Made by a program: the position numbers and the translations under genes. From NCBI GenBank assembly GCA_963845065.1, contig CAWJQQ010000002.1, positions 405,597 to 469,596 of the forward strand: a stretch of DNA of 64,000 nt, read 5' to 3'. Origin of the DNA: Nitrospirota bacterium. GTDB taxonomy: Bacteria; Nitrospirota; UBA9217. Position 1 is the stretch's first letter; the number at the start of each line of letters is the position of its first letter. Positions 51,199 through 60,111 of the stretch are shown piece by piece. Under the pieces are notes generated by a model. That model ran no database searches, was not told the DNA's origin, and saw nothing but the letters and a program-made list of their open reading frames with translations.

Positions 51199-52139
51199 TC
51201 GAAATACAGGATGCTCTGCGAAAAAAAGAGATATGGGCTATCGGCGGAGGCAAGGGCGGTATTGGTAAAAGTCTGATCACCGGCAATATCGGCATCCATC
51301 TATCGCGCCTGAAAAAAAAGGTCCTGCTGGTGGATGCTGACCTCGGCGGTGCAAACCTTCATACGACCATCGGCCTTGGAGTCCCAGAAGTGACGCTCTC
51401 CGATTTCCTGAACCGGCGTGTTGAAAACATTCAAGACGTAATCATTAGCACGTCCATCCCGAACCTCAGTCTTATCAGTGGCGCACAGGACTTCCTTGAT
51501 GCGGCCAATCCCAACTTCGCCCAGAAGACGAGGCTCCTCCGGCATCTCGAGACGCTCGATGCGGACTATATCCTGCTTGATCTCGGGGCGGGTACGTCGT
51601 TCAATATCCTCGATTTTTTCCTCTTCTCTGACCACGGCATTCTGATCGTTCTTCCAGAACCAACCGCTATCGAGAATGCGTACCGGTTTATCAAGAGCGC
51701 TTTTTACCGAAGGTTCAAAAAAGTTGTAGCGAACCAAAACATCAAAGACCTGATCGATGCTGCCATGGACCACAAGAACACGATGGGCATCCGGACTCCC
51801 TACGATCTTATCGAGCGCGTGAAAATGATGGAACGGGAAGTCGGCGAGATCCTCGAACTCGAAGTGCTCAAGTTCAAGCCCAAACTGATCGTAAATCAGG
51901 TGCGGACCAAACACGATATCCAGATCGGATTCTCGATGAAGAGTGCATGCCAGAAATACTTCGGGATCAGCCTTGAGTACCTGGGTTATGTTGAGTATGA
52001 CGACTGCGTCTGGCAGTCGATCCGGAGCAAACGGCCTCTAGCCATAGAATATCCGTATTCCCGGCCGTCACGGTGCATTGAGCGCATTGTCCATAACTTG
52101 CTCCGAAAGGAACAGCTCACGGCAAGCATGCTGTATTAA
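51195..52139 (+). CDS. MinD/ParA-family (FlhG-like) ATPase
   Basis: GGKGGIGKS deviant Walker A, DADLGGANL, DLGAG and PEPTAIENAY. ATGA overlap with scpB. Confidence 0.88.
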   Translation: MIEIQDALRKKEIWAIGGGKGGIGKSLITGNIGIHLSRLKKKVLLVDADLGGANLHTTIGLGVPEVTLSDFLNRRVENIQDVIISTSIPNLSLISGAQDFLDAANPNFAQKTRLLRHLETLDADYILLDLGAGTSFNILDFFLFSDHGILIVLPEPTAIENAYRFIKSAFYRRFKKVVANQNIKDLIDAAMDHKNTMGIRTPYDLIERVKMMEREVGEILELEVLKFKPKLIVNQVRTKHDIQIGFSMKSACQKYFGISLEYLGYVEYDDCVWQSIRSKRPLAIEYPYSRPSRCIERIVHNLLRKEQLTASMLY

Positions 52140-52275
52140 AAATGTTCACAGCAAAGGTACCAAGACACCAGGACGACAAAAGAATATCAGTGGATTGACC
52201 AAAGCCTTGGCGGATCCGTAAAATACTCCGTGCCTTTGTGTCTTTGTGATGAAATCAGTTTAGCCTCTTCCAGTT

Positions 52276-52977
52276 TTGAGAGAGGATAAAAACGTGCTCA
52301 AAAAAATTGAAAACCTGAATTACTACGAACTGCTGGAGGTTAGCCCCACTGCCACCTCGCAGGAGATCCATAAGGCATATGAACGGGTCCGGAGGATCTA
52401 CGAGCCAAACTCCATCGCACTGTATTCGTTATTCAGCACCGAGGAGACTGCTGCCATTCACCAGCGAATCGAAGAAGCTTACCGTACCCTTGTATACGAA
52501 GACAATCGAAAACGGTATGATGAGATATTAAGACGGCAGAATGATTTGCCGGAAACGTCGCCGCCTCCCCTACCACCGAAATATAAGAACCCGCCAGTTC
52601 AACCGGCGCTCTCGCTGCCATTAGACAATCATTACGGGGACAGCATGGAACCCTCTCAGGCGAAGGCAGAAGTGGTACCAGCCATCCCAGAAAAAGTTAC
52701 CCTCGTGTCTCAATTCATTTCCGAGTTTTCCGGCGCCGCCATCAAGATGCTGCGGGAACAACACGGTCTAAGCTTACGGGATGTTTCTGATGCCACAAAG
52801 GTAAGTGCCCGATATCTTGAAATGATCGAGCAAGAGAACTTCCTTAAACTTCCGGTCCGCGCCTATACACGGGGATTCTTAACGCTTTATGCCAAGGCCC
52901 TTGCCTGCGATCCAGATCGCGTGACCGCCGACTACTTGAAACGCTATGACGCTGCACGGGCGCCAAAGACAAAGTAA
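52276..52977 (+). CDS. DnaJ-like N-terminal domain plus RodZ-type (XRE) helix-turn-helix protein
   Basis: NYYELLEV..EIHKAY..IEEAY (J-like, lacking HPD) and C-terminal LREQHGLSL..TKV..YLEMIE..LP..Y.RGFL..YAKAL. Confidence 0.8.
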   Translation: MREDKNVLKKIENLNYYELLEVSPTATSQEIHKAYERVRRIYEPNSIALYSLFSTEETAAIHQRIEEAYRTLVYEDNRKRYDEILRRQNDLPETSPPPLPPKYKNPPVQPALSLPLDNHYGDSMEPSQAKAEVVPAIPEKVTLVSQFISEFSGAAIKMLREQHGLSLRDVSDATKVSARYLEMIEQENFLKLPVRAYTRGFLTLYAKALACDPDRVTADYLKRYDAARAPKTK

Positions 52978-53455
52978 TGGGAACAGGTGCAAGTTCACGA
53001 TATTGATTCACAAGCTTTATCCGGTTTATTCTCTTTCGCGCATCCTGTATTTTCTTTATAGTCTGCCGTTTACGGCCTTTCTCAGGTCTCTCTCCTTCCA
53101 GATCCCGCAAATCGCGGGATAACTGATCAGATCTAATATCGTCGATGTCACCACGCCGCCATCAGGTGCTGCGATCAGCTTCATAACGTCCGAGCCAGTC
53201 CCGTTTAAGAACGTGATTGGCACGTGGCCTGCGATGAGCACCGCCGACACCGTCATGATCTTGGGCCTGATTCTCTTAACCGCTCCTTTCATCACGGAGG
53301 CTTCTATGTCCTGGAGTGCATTGATCCTTCCTTCCTGGTGCCACCGGTTGTACGATAAATCAAAGTAAAGCAGCATCACAATGCCCGTCTCCGCGTCGAG
53401 GTCCGTCAGGGAGATTACGCCGACCCAAACCTCAGTACTCATTTGGTAGCCTAGG

Positions 53456-54825
53456 TGACAACTGTCACGACATCGTGCACTAACGTTCTTTGACAATCGA
53501 GTAGCCACATTCTGTACTATCATGGACACCACTAAATACAAAGGTGGTGTTCATGAAAAAGAAAGTGCAGCAGGAACGAGCGGCAACTGTGCAACGGTAT
53601 CTCGCCGGAGAAGACCCGGAGAGTATCTGCGCCTCATTGGGTAGATCGCGGCGATGGCTGTACAAGTGGTTGGCGCGGCATATCCCTGACGATTCTGCTT
53701 GGTATGAAGATTTATCACGGCGTCCCTTGGTAAACCCTCACCGCACACCTGCGGAGATCGAAAAGATCGTCGAGATGGTGCGATGGCGTCTGTACAACAA
53801 TGATCTTTTCTGTGGAAGCCAAGCTATTCTCTGGGAAATGGAGGACATGAACATTCAGCCGTTTCCCTCCATTAGTACAGTTGACCGGATCTTGCGCCTC
53901 CGTGAATTGACCTATAGGCGGACCGGACGATATACTCCAAAAGGAAAGAAATATCCGTCGCTCCCGGCGCTCTTGCTTAATCAAACCCATCAGGTTGATC
54001 TGGTCGGCCCTTGCTACCTTACCGGCCCAATTCGTTTCTACAGCCTGCATGCGGTCGATACTGCGACCAACCGATGTGGTATAGAGCCGATGCCCTCCAA
54101 AGCAGCGCAAAACGTTTTGGACGCCGTTCATGCGGTTTGGCTGCGCATGGGCATCCCGGAGAACCTTCAGGTGGACAATGAGATGGCCTTTTTCGGGAGC
54201 CCGATTCATCCCCGCGGCATGGGGCCACTTATTCGTTTCTGCCTGCATTATGGCGTTAAGCTATGGTTTATTCCACCATCCGAACCGTGGTGGAATGGAA
54301 TCGTCGAGAAGTTCAATGACCATTACGAACAGAAATTTTTCGACAAGGTTCCTATGGCCTCATTGACGCAGCTTCGGCAAGAATCACTGGCATTCGAGCA
54401 CTGGCATAACAGCACCTATCGCTACAGCAAACTTAAGGGGAAAACGCCCCTCAAGGCGTTGGCTGCTACAGAGAAGAAATTAATCTTCCCGAGCAAGAGA
54501 GATACCCCAAAGCACCCCTTGGATAAGCCGGAGGAAGGTTCCTATCACCTCGTACGATTCATTCGAAGCGAATGCCGGCTGAATATCTTTGATGAAATAT
54601 TCCCAGCTCCATCGGAGACCCAATACGAATACATTGTGGCTACTGTCGATGTCAAAGAACAAAAGCTCAAGCTCTTCTTGGATACGATCCAGGTAGAAGA
54701 ATATCCTTATTTGCTACGATGCCCATTGAAAATGGTCACGGCATCGGAAGATCAGATGGTTTCAGAGTTTCGATTGAACGATGTAGTGACAGTTTTTCTT
54801 GTGCACGATGTCCTGACAGTCATCA
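53456..54825 (+). mobile_element. Complete IS481-like insertion sequence
   Basis: 25-bp TIRs TGACAACTGTCACGACATCGTGCAC / GTGCACGATGTCCTGACAGTCATCA and a 6-bp TSD CCTAGG (53450-53455, 54826-54831). Confidence 0.9.
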
Positions 54826-54830
54826 CCTAG
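53544..54830 (+). CDS. IS481-like transposase (HTH plus rve DDE core)
   Basis: HQVD, QVDN and NGIVEKFN catalytic motifs with an N-terminal HTH. Confidence 0.88.
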   Translation: MVFMKKKVQQERAATVQRYLAGEDPESICASLGRSRRWLYKWLARHIPDDSAWYEDLSRRPLVNPHRTPAEIEKIVEMVRWRLYNNDLFCGSQAILWEMEDMNIQPFPSISTVDRILRLRELTYRRTGRYTPKGKKYPSLPALLLNQTHQVDLVGPCYLTGPIRFYSLHAVDTATNRCGIEPMPSKAAQNVLDAVHAVWLRMGIPENLQVDNEMAFFGSPIHPRGMGPLIRFCLHYGVKLWFIPPSEPWWNGIVEKFNDHYEQKFFDKVPMASLTQLRQESLAFEHWHNSTYRYSKLKGKTPLKALAATEKKLIFPSKRDTPKHPLDKPEEGSYHLVRFIRSECRLNIFDEIFPAPSETQYEYIVATVDVKEQKLKLFLDTIQVEEYPYLLRCPLKMVTASEDQMVSEFRLNDVVTVFLVHDVLTVIT

Positions 54831-55082
54831 GAAATAGAGGTACCAGACCGCGTCCACAAGCGAGAATGGGACTTCCAGTAGCACAATCGTGGCCTTTGAG
54901 AGCGCTTCTGTGTTGAGATAGATCAGCACGATAACATAAATAAAACAGTTAAAGGCAGGCATGCAAAGTATAATATTTTTTGTGAAACGCTTGCTGTGGT
55001 TGATGTAGTATTTGATACAGACAGCCAATGAATTACAGCGCGCCAATAAATCTAAAGCTTTCATTCTCGAGTAGAGGGATTA

Positions 55083-55160
55083 CCTGACCACTCCTCATTG
55101 TTGAGACCATGGGCATGTCGTGGGGAGACTCGGTAAACAAATGTAGATGGAAAAATGGAG
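55083..55160. repeat. Dispersed repeat resembling an IS200/IS605 end, copy 2 (degenerate)
   Basis: Aligns by eye with 2127-2200. Confidence 0.5.
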
Positions 55161-55174
55161 GAGGAAGAGGCTTG

Positions 55175-56014
55175 CTACCTCTCTATTTTGGCAAGACGGT
55201 CCTTAGCTATTTCCGCTTCATTGGAAAAGGGATGATCCTTGATGACTTTGTTCAAATACTCCTTCGCTTTGATAATATTTTTCTCACTTAGGTACGAGAG
55301 TCCGATCTTAAGCTTTGCACCGGCTACTTTATCGCTTTTGGGATAGTTTTTGATGACCTTGCTAAAAGCCTCAATCGCCTTGCTGAACTCTTTCTTCGAA
55401 TACAAACATTCACCGACCCAGTATTGCGCATTATCAACCATGCTAGTTTCGGGAAACTGCACTATATAATTCTGGAAGCCAGCGAGAGCAAGGTCAAAAT
55501 TACCCTTGTCGTAATCGCTTTTCGCCTGTCGATAAACTTCGGAAGGCTCAATCGTCTTGGGAGATGAGGACTTCTCCCCGGCCATCGCTGTCGTCTGCCC
55601 GGCCGAAACAGTCGCTGTCCCCGCACTCAGCATCTTTATTTTTGTCTCAATCCCATCAACCCGTGCTGAAAGTTCTGCGATTTTGACAGCCCGATCGTCC
55701 AGCTTCTGGGCAAGCTCCGCGATGCGAAAATTGTTTTCTTCAAGTTTGCCCTGAAGTAATTGTAAATCCGTAGTTAGCTGATCGGTTTTGGCGCCGAAAT
55801 CAGCCGTTACCTTCTGCACATCCACCGAACCCTTGACATTAGTATCGAGAAGATCGAGTCGCGTCTGCATCTCCCGAACACGTGCCTGCGTGGTTTTCAC
55901 ATCCTGGCGCAAATCGGTCATCTCGGACTGAGTCCTGACCAGTTCGGCCTGAGGGGCACAGGCGACCAACAGCACGAGAATACCCATGATGGTGATTAGA
56001 GGCTTGGTTGTCAT
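55175..56014 (-). CDS. cpoB: Tol-Pal system protein YbgF/CpoB
   Basis: Lipobox LVAC, coiled coil and TPRs (NAQYWVGE, AKLKIG). Directly downstream of pal. Confidence 0.9.
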   Translation of the reverse strand: MTTKPLITIMGILVLLVACAPQAELVRTQSEMTDLRQDVKTTQARVREMQTRLDLLDTNVKGSVDVQKVTADFGAKTDQLTTDLQLLQGKLEENNFRIAELAQKLDDRAVKIAELSARVDGIETKIKMLSAGTATVSAGQTTAMAGEKSSSPKTIEPSEVYRQAKSDYDKGNFDLALAGFQNYIVQFPETSMVDNAQYWVGECLYSKKEFSKAIEAFSKVIKNYPKSDKVAGAKLKIGLSYLSEKNIIKAKEYLNKVIKDHPFSNEAEIAKDRLAKIER

Positions 56015-56076
56015 AAGGCTCGTAAGAATTCCTTTAAGGCGGTGAACGAAAACCAGCCACGGGGAGAGATGGAGGG

Positions 56077-56110
56077 AAAAAAGGAGAATGCGGGGATGTT
56101 CTCCCGCATT
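56077..56110 (-). terminator. Hairpin or partial terminator between pal and cpoB
   Basis: Minus strand AATGCGGG..CCCGCATT stem, then CTCCTTTTTT. Confidence 0.55.
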
Positions 56111-56143
56111 ACCAGTTTTTCCTAGTTTCATGAACCCCCGCCC

Positions 56144-56701
56144 CTACTTCGTCACGGCCACGAAATCATCTCTACGGTTTTTCTGCCAGCAGTCTTCGGT
56201 ATGTTCCGAACAGACAGGCTTTTCCTTGCCGTAGCTGATGAGCGAGATTCGTTTTGCCGAAATCCCCAGATCGGTAAAATACTTCTTTGCGCTCGTTGCG
56301 CGGCGCTGACCAAGGGCTTGGTTGTATTCCTTGGTTCCTCGTTCGTCGCAATTCCCCTCGATCCGGATCTCTACTTTCGGGTTGGCTTTAAGCCATTCGG
56401 CATTAGCCTTCATGGCGGACCGTGCGTCGTCGCGGATAAAAGACTTGTCGAAATCGAAGTAGATCGGCTGCAAGCTGGCTGATGTGACCGCGGCGCCTTC
56501 GTTAGCCGCTGGCTGGACTTCTTCATTCTTCTGCTCAGCCTTTTGTTCGACCGCCGGCTCTTCCTTGGCAGGCGCGACAGACGGAGCGGTTTCCTTCTGT
56601 GATTCCGGCGCAGTAGCTACTTCCGCCTTTTTGGGACAGCCCCAGAGAACAAAGATACTCAGCAACACAATAACCGGAACATACATTCGTAGTCTGCTCA
56701 T
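56144..56701 (-). CDS. pal: Peptidoglycan-associated lipoprotein
   Basis: Lipobox LWGC, IYFDFD, EGNCDERGT.EYN.ALG.RRA and SYGKEKP. AGGAGG lies before ATG 56701. Confidence 0.95.
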   Translation of the reverse strand: MSRLRMYVPVIVLLSIFVLWGCPKKAEVATAPESQKETAPSVAPAKEEPAVEQKAEQKNEEVQPAANEGAAVTSASLQPIYFDFDKSFIRDDARSAMKANAEWLKANPKVEIRIEGNCDERGTKEYNQALGQRRATSAKKYFTDLGISAKRISLISYGKEKPVCSEHTEDCWQKNRRDDFVAVTK

Positions 56702-57164
56702 AATACATCCTCCTCTATTCTGATGTGTCAAAATGAATTCGACTAGACAAGCTAATGCAAAACGATACGCGAAGAAATACGTTCTGAAGATAGCATACAA
56801 CCCAACCCTTGTCAACGGCAAATGATTTTTTACCCTCTGGGCATCCTGTTGCAATGGGCATGGCATCACTCACAGTCATTGTTCCAAGGAACCTTCCGCA
56901 CAATCTCGCTGAGTTGTGCTCCTATGTGGCTTGAAATCGATGTCGCTTAAACTGTTATCCTATGCGGCACCATATTTGAGTCGTTCGCATGACTTCTCGA
57001 GTCGGTAACTTTTATGTGCGAGTCATGCTTCAGCAACCTTTTCATAGAATCATCGCCAACCATGCATTCGGGACGCTCAGTCCCGTGATTGCGGTGTCGA
57101 ATAGCCGTCCTTGTTTTTTCTCCTCAGTGCTCTAATGGTTTTCCCCTCTTCTGCTAGTCGCGGG

Positions 57165-57674
57165 TCACCAGCCGTTGTGGTGGACCCGCGAACCGTTGAA
57201 GCGGGCCTGTGCCGGCTTGATCTCCGCCGGGAACCCAAGTGGAATGAGAGAAAACGGCACGACGTGTTCCGGCAGACCCAACAGCCGCCGAAGATTTATG
57301 ATGCGGTCTTCCGTCGGATATACACCGCACCAGACCGAGCCAAGCCCTTTTGCATGGGCGGCGAGAAGCATATTCTGCGTCGCCGCCGCGCAGTCTAGCA
57401 CCCAGTGTCCTTTGTATTTTTCCAACGTCGTATCGCCGCATACGAGGATAGCCACATGAGCCTGTTTCAGCATCCCAGCATAAGGATGAAACTTCGGGAT
57501 CTCATCAAGGATCGCTTGGTCCGTCATGACAATGAAGTGCCACGGCCGTTCGCCCCCCGCCGAAGGGGCGCTCATCGCAGCTCTCAAAATTTCATCGATC
57601 ACTCCGCGGGAAACAGGCTTCGGTGTGTAGAGCCGGATACTCCTGCGAGTAAAGATCGCTTCCAGTGTTTCCAT
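57165..57674 (-). CDS. Nitroreductase-family flavoprotein
   Basis: TRRSIR, AMSAPSA, PWHF and QNMLLAAHAKGLGSVW. Confidence 0.92.
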   Translation of the reverse strand: METLEAIFTRRSIRLYTPKPVSRGVIDEILRAAMSAPSAGGERPWHFIVMTDQAILDEIPKFHPYAGMLKQAHVAILVCGDTTLEKYKGHWVLDCAAATQNMLLAAHAKGLGSVWCGVYPTEDRIINLRRLLGLPEHVVPFSLIPLGFPAEIKPAQARFNGSRVHHNGW

Positions 57675-57697
57675 ACTATCCTCCTTACCGCACCTGT

Positions 57698-58666
57698 TTA
57701 ACGCTCTTTCATCTGATAAGCCCGGACCAGGTCCTCGACACCCCGTTCCAAGGTATATTCAGGGTGCCAGCCGAGCAGGCGCCTGACTTTTCCATTGAGA
57801 AACAGAAGATTACAAGTCGCAAACTGAACATAGGTATTCAGGCTAAATTTTACATGAAAGACATCCCCAATAAAGTCTATGATTTTCGACGGTACACTCA
57901 GTGCCACGGTCGGGACAGGCAGGAGCCTGAATTTTTTCCCGAGTGAAATAGCAATGGTATTGAAAAAATCATACCAGCTGTGAGTTAGACCATCGGTAAG
58001 ATTGAATGTCTGGCCTATGGCATCCTTCATTATGCCCGCGAGATAAATGGCTTGGGAAAGATCTTGCACATGAATGAGCGGGGCGACATTATTTCCCTTT
58101 CCGATAGAGGGGAAGCCAAGCGGCCCGAATCGATCTACGGCAGCAACTAAATTTCCGAAGTACCGGGAGCCTGTTCCGAAAACCACTCCAGGCCTGATGA
58201 TGACATACTCTGCCACTGTCTGCGCTTCAAGAATTTCTTAACACTGTCTCTTATAAGCGGTGTAATGCTCCTCAGGAACAAGCTTCGGTTTCGTCTCTTC
58301 CGAGGCCGGAACCGCCGAGGGAATGCCTGCCACAGTCAATGAACTGATGAAGATGAATCGTTTTATGCCGGATTTATCAATGTTGTCTAATATCTTTTCA
58401 ACCAGTCGCACGTTCTTCTTCGCTGCAAGGGGTGATACGTTCCTCAACTCACCGATATGGTAAAATACGTCCATGCCCGCCATCGCATTAATGACCGAGC
58501 TGGCATCCTAGAGGTCCCCGGGAAAGAGAGAGACGTCTTTCCCTGCGAACTGAGCAGGTAGTTTATCCTTTCGTCCGAAGAGGCGGACGGTATGTCCGTT
58601 TTCCGCAAGAAGACCAACAACTTTGCTGCCAATGAACCCCGTACCGCCGGTAACGAGTGCTTTCAT
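57698..58666 (-). pseudogene. NAD-dependent epimerase/dehydratase (extended SDR) with two in-frame stops
   Basis: One frame: MKALVTGGTGFIG..PGDL*(TAG 58508-58510)..ISS..YTAYKRQC*(TAA 58238-58240)..IIRPGVVFG..IHVQD. Confidence 0.88.
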
Positions 58667-58678
58667 ACATGCCAGCTT

Positions 58679-59716
58679 TCAAGCGTCAATAAAGCACTGC
58701 GGATCTTCTGCGAGGAAATCTTCAATGCCGCGCGAACACGCATAGGCAATCGCCCGGCATCCCCTGCACTGCGCCCACCGGTCGCAGTTGCGGCACTTGC
58801 CCTTGTATTTGCTCCGATCCCGAAGAGCAGCGAGGACCGGCGACGTTGACCAGATCTCACGAAGAGAATCTTTCGTCACGTTGCCGAGAGAGAGGGGCAA
58901 TCTCCTGCAGGGCGTAACATTTCCATTAGGAAGGATGGTCAAGCCGGCAACACCTGCCGAACATCCACTGCTCGCAACATCTCCGGCGTCGCCGTTCGTT
59001 TTCTCCCGCATCTGTGACGCGACCGGGTCTCCGGTCACGATTTCTATATCGTCATGCTCAAGCGATAATACTGTTTCATAGAGGCCTCTCACCTGCTCCC
59101 TGGTGAGCATCTGGGAAAGCAAGGATCTGCCTTTCCCGGCAGGCACGAGGCGGGAAAACCCGACTCGTTGCGCTCCTACATGTGAGCAGAAAGCAATAAC
59201 TTTATCCACTGTCGAAGCATTGATGGCTGAAAGCGTAACGTTCAGCGTAACCGGAAGTTTAGCATCGACGAGGTACTCTATTCCCTCTTTTGATGCGCGG
59301 AAACTCCCCTTGCCCCGAATTGCATCATGGACATCCTCTGGACCTTCAATACTAACCTGAACGCCATCGACACCGAGATCACTAAGACTCCGAGCTCGAT
59401 CCCTGCTTACTAGTGTCCCGTTGGTGAGAAGGTACATTTTGAATCCCTTCTGCTTGATTTCTCCAAGAAACTCGAAGAGGTCTTTTTTCAGGAACGGTTC
59501 GCCCCCGGTAATATTCATGCTTGGAGAAAAAGCGATCCCGTAGATGTCTGACCAGTCCGCGATCATGTCCGACACTTCGCCGATCACTCGTTTCATTTCA
59601 GTTAGCGGCAGCTCTTCTTTGCCCTGCTCGCCCTGGTAACAGTGCATGCACCGAAGGTTGCAGTTTTCCGTTAAATGCCACTGGATAAAAAATTCGTAAG
59701 GTTTATTCGTTGCCAT
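58679..59716 (-). CDS. Radical SAM/SPASM-domain protein, putative peptide maturase
   Basis: CNLRCMHC and TGGEP, plus SPASM cysteines CSAG..GNVTPC..CRNC...CRGCRA..DPQC. Confidence 0.92.
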   Translation of the reverse strand: MATNKPYEFFIQWHLTENCNLRCMHCYQGEQGKEELPLTEMKRVIGEVSDMIADWSDIYGIAFSPSMNITGGEPFLKKDLFEFLGEIKQKGFKMYLLTNGTLVSRDRARSLSDLGVDGVQVSIEGPEDVHDAIRGKGSFRASKEGIEYLVDAKLPVTLNVTLSAINASTVDKVIAFCSHVGAQRVGFSRLVPAGKGRSLLSQMLTREQVRGLYETVLSLEHDDIEIVTGDPVASQMREKTNGDAGDVASSGCSAGVAGLTILPNGNVTPCRRLPLSLGNVTKDSLREIWSTSPVLAALRDRSKYKGKCRNCDRWAQCRGCRAIAYACSRGIEDFLAEDPQCFIDA

Positions 59717-59787
59717 AAGAATGATAAAATGATGCTAAGTGAGAATATTTTTTGATAATGCGATTATGATCTAAAAAAGATAAGGTA

Positions 59788-59844
59788 GCAGATATGGCTT
59801 GCAACACTGAACTGTTAGCACCGGTTCGCGCCAGCCATATCTGC
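59788..59844 (-). terminator. Long hairpin between the peptide gene and the radical SAM gene (attenuator or stabiliser)
   Basis: Perfect 12-bp stem GCAGATATGGCT / AGCCATATCTGC, followed on the minus strand by TACCTTATCTTTTTT. Confidence 0.7.
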
Positions 59845-59856
59845 AGCTTCGGTTTC

Positions 59857-59873
59857 GTTGCTGACCAGCAACT
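59857..59873 (-). promoter_or_regulatory. SECIS-like hairpin of the precursor peptide gene
   Basis: AGUUGCU-GGUC-AGCAAC closely resembles the E. coli fdhF SelB-binding hairpin GGUUGCAGGUCUGCACC. Confidence 0.72.
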
Positions 59874-59996
59874 TTAGCTCTTTCACCCCTTTCATTTGTG
59901 GCATACCGTGCCAGGATTTTGCTTATCGAGTAGCTTCTTTGCGGCCCAGTACGCAGCTTCTTTTGCGAGAGTGTCTTTGCTCATAGCCTTTTTCAT
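59874..59996 (-). CDS. Putative selenocysteine-containing RiPP precursor MKKAMSKDTLAKEAAYWAAKKLLDKQNPGTVCHK-U-KG-U-KS
   Basis: AGGAGGTG 8 nt before the ATG, TGA at codons 35 and 38, TAA at codon 41, an adjacent SECIS-like hairpin, and a position upstream of the rSAM/SPASM gene. Below the ORF track size cutoff. Confidence 0.75.
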
Positions 59997-60111
59997 CCTG
60001 ATTTCACCTCCTTTCAGTGGTATGTGGTATATAGAGATTATAATATCATAAAAAAATACCTCTAGTGGCGCATAGCACTTGTATGACTATAAATTAATCA
60101 GAGCAACCCAG

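Larger units (their letters stand above)
53056..54960 (-). pseudogene. Degraded 3' remnant of a CusA/CzcA heavy-metal RND permease, split by an IS
   Basis: IYLNT..VPFSL..AVWYLYFLG | YQMS..VWVG..DAETGIVMLLY..GAVKRIRPKIMT..GTGSDVMK reads in frame once the IS and one TSD copy are removed. Confidence 0.85.

Noticed and set aside
56900-57150. Possible response-regulator receiver remnant (FDTAITGLSVP) on the minus strand
   Set aside because: Only one short degenerate motif; too weak to call without a profile search.
58238-58510. Stops in the SDR gene as recoding (for example pyrrolysine at TAG)
   Set aside because: The second stop is TAA, and both look like single-base nonsense changes at non-catalytic positions.
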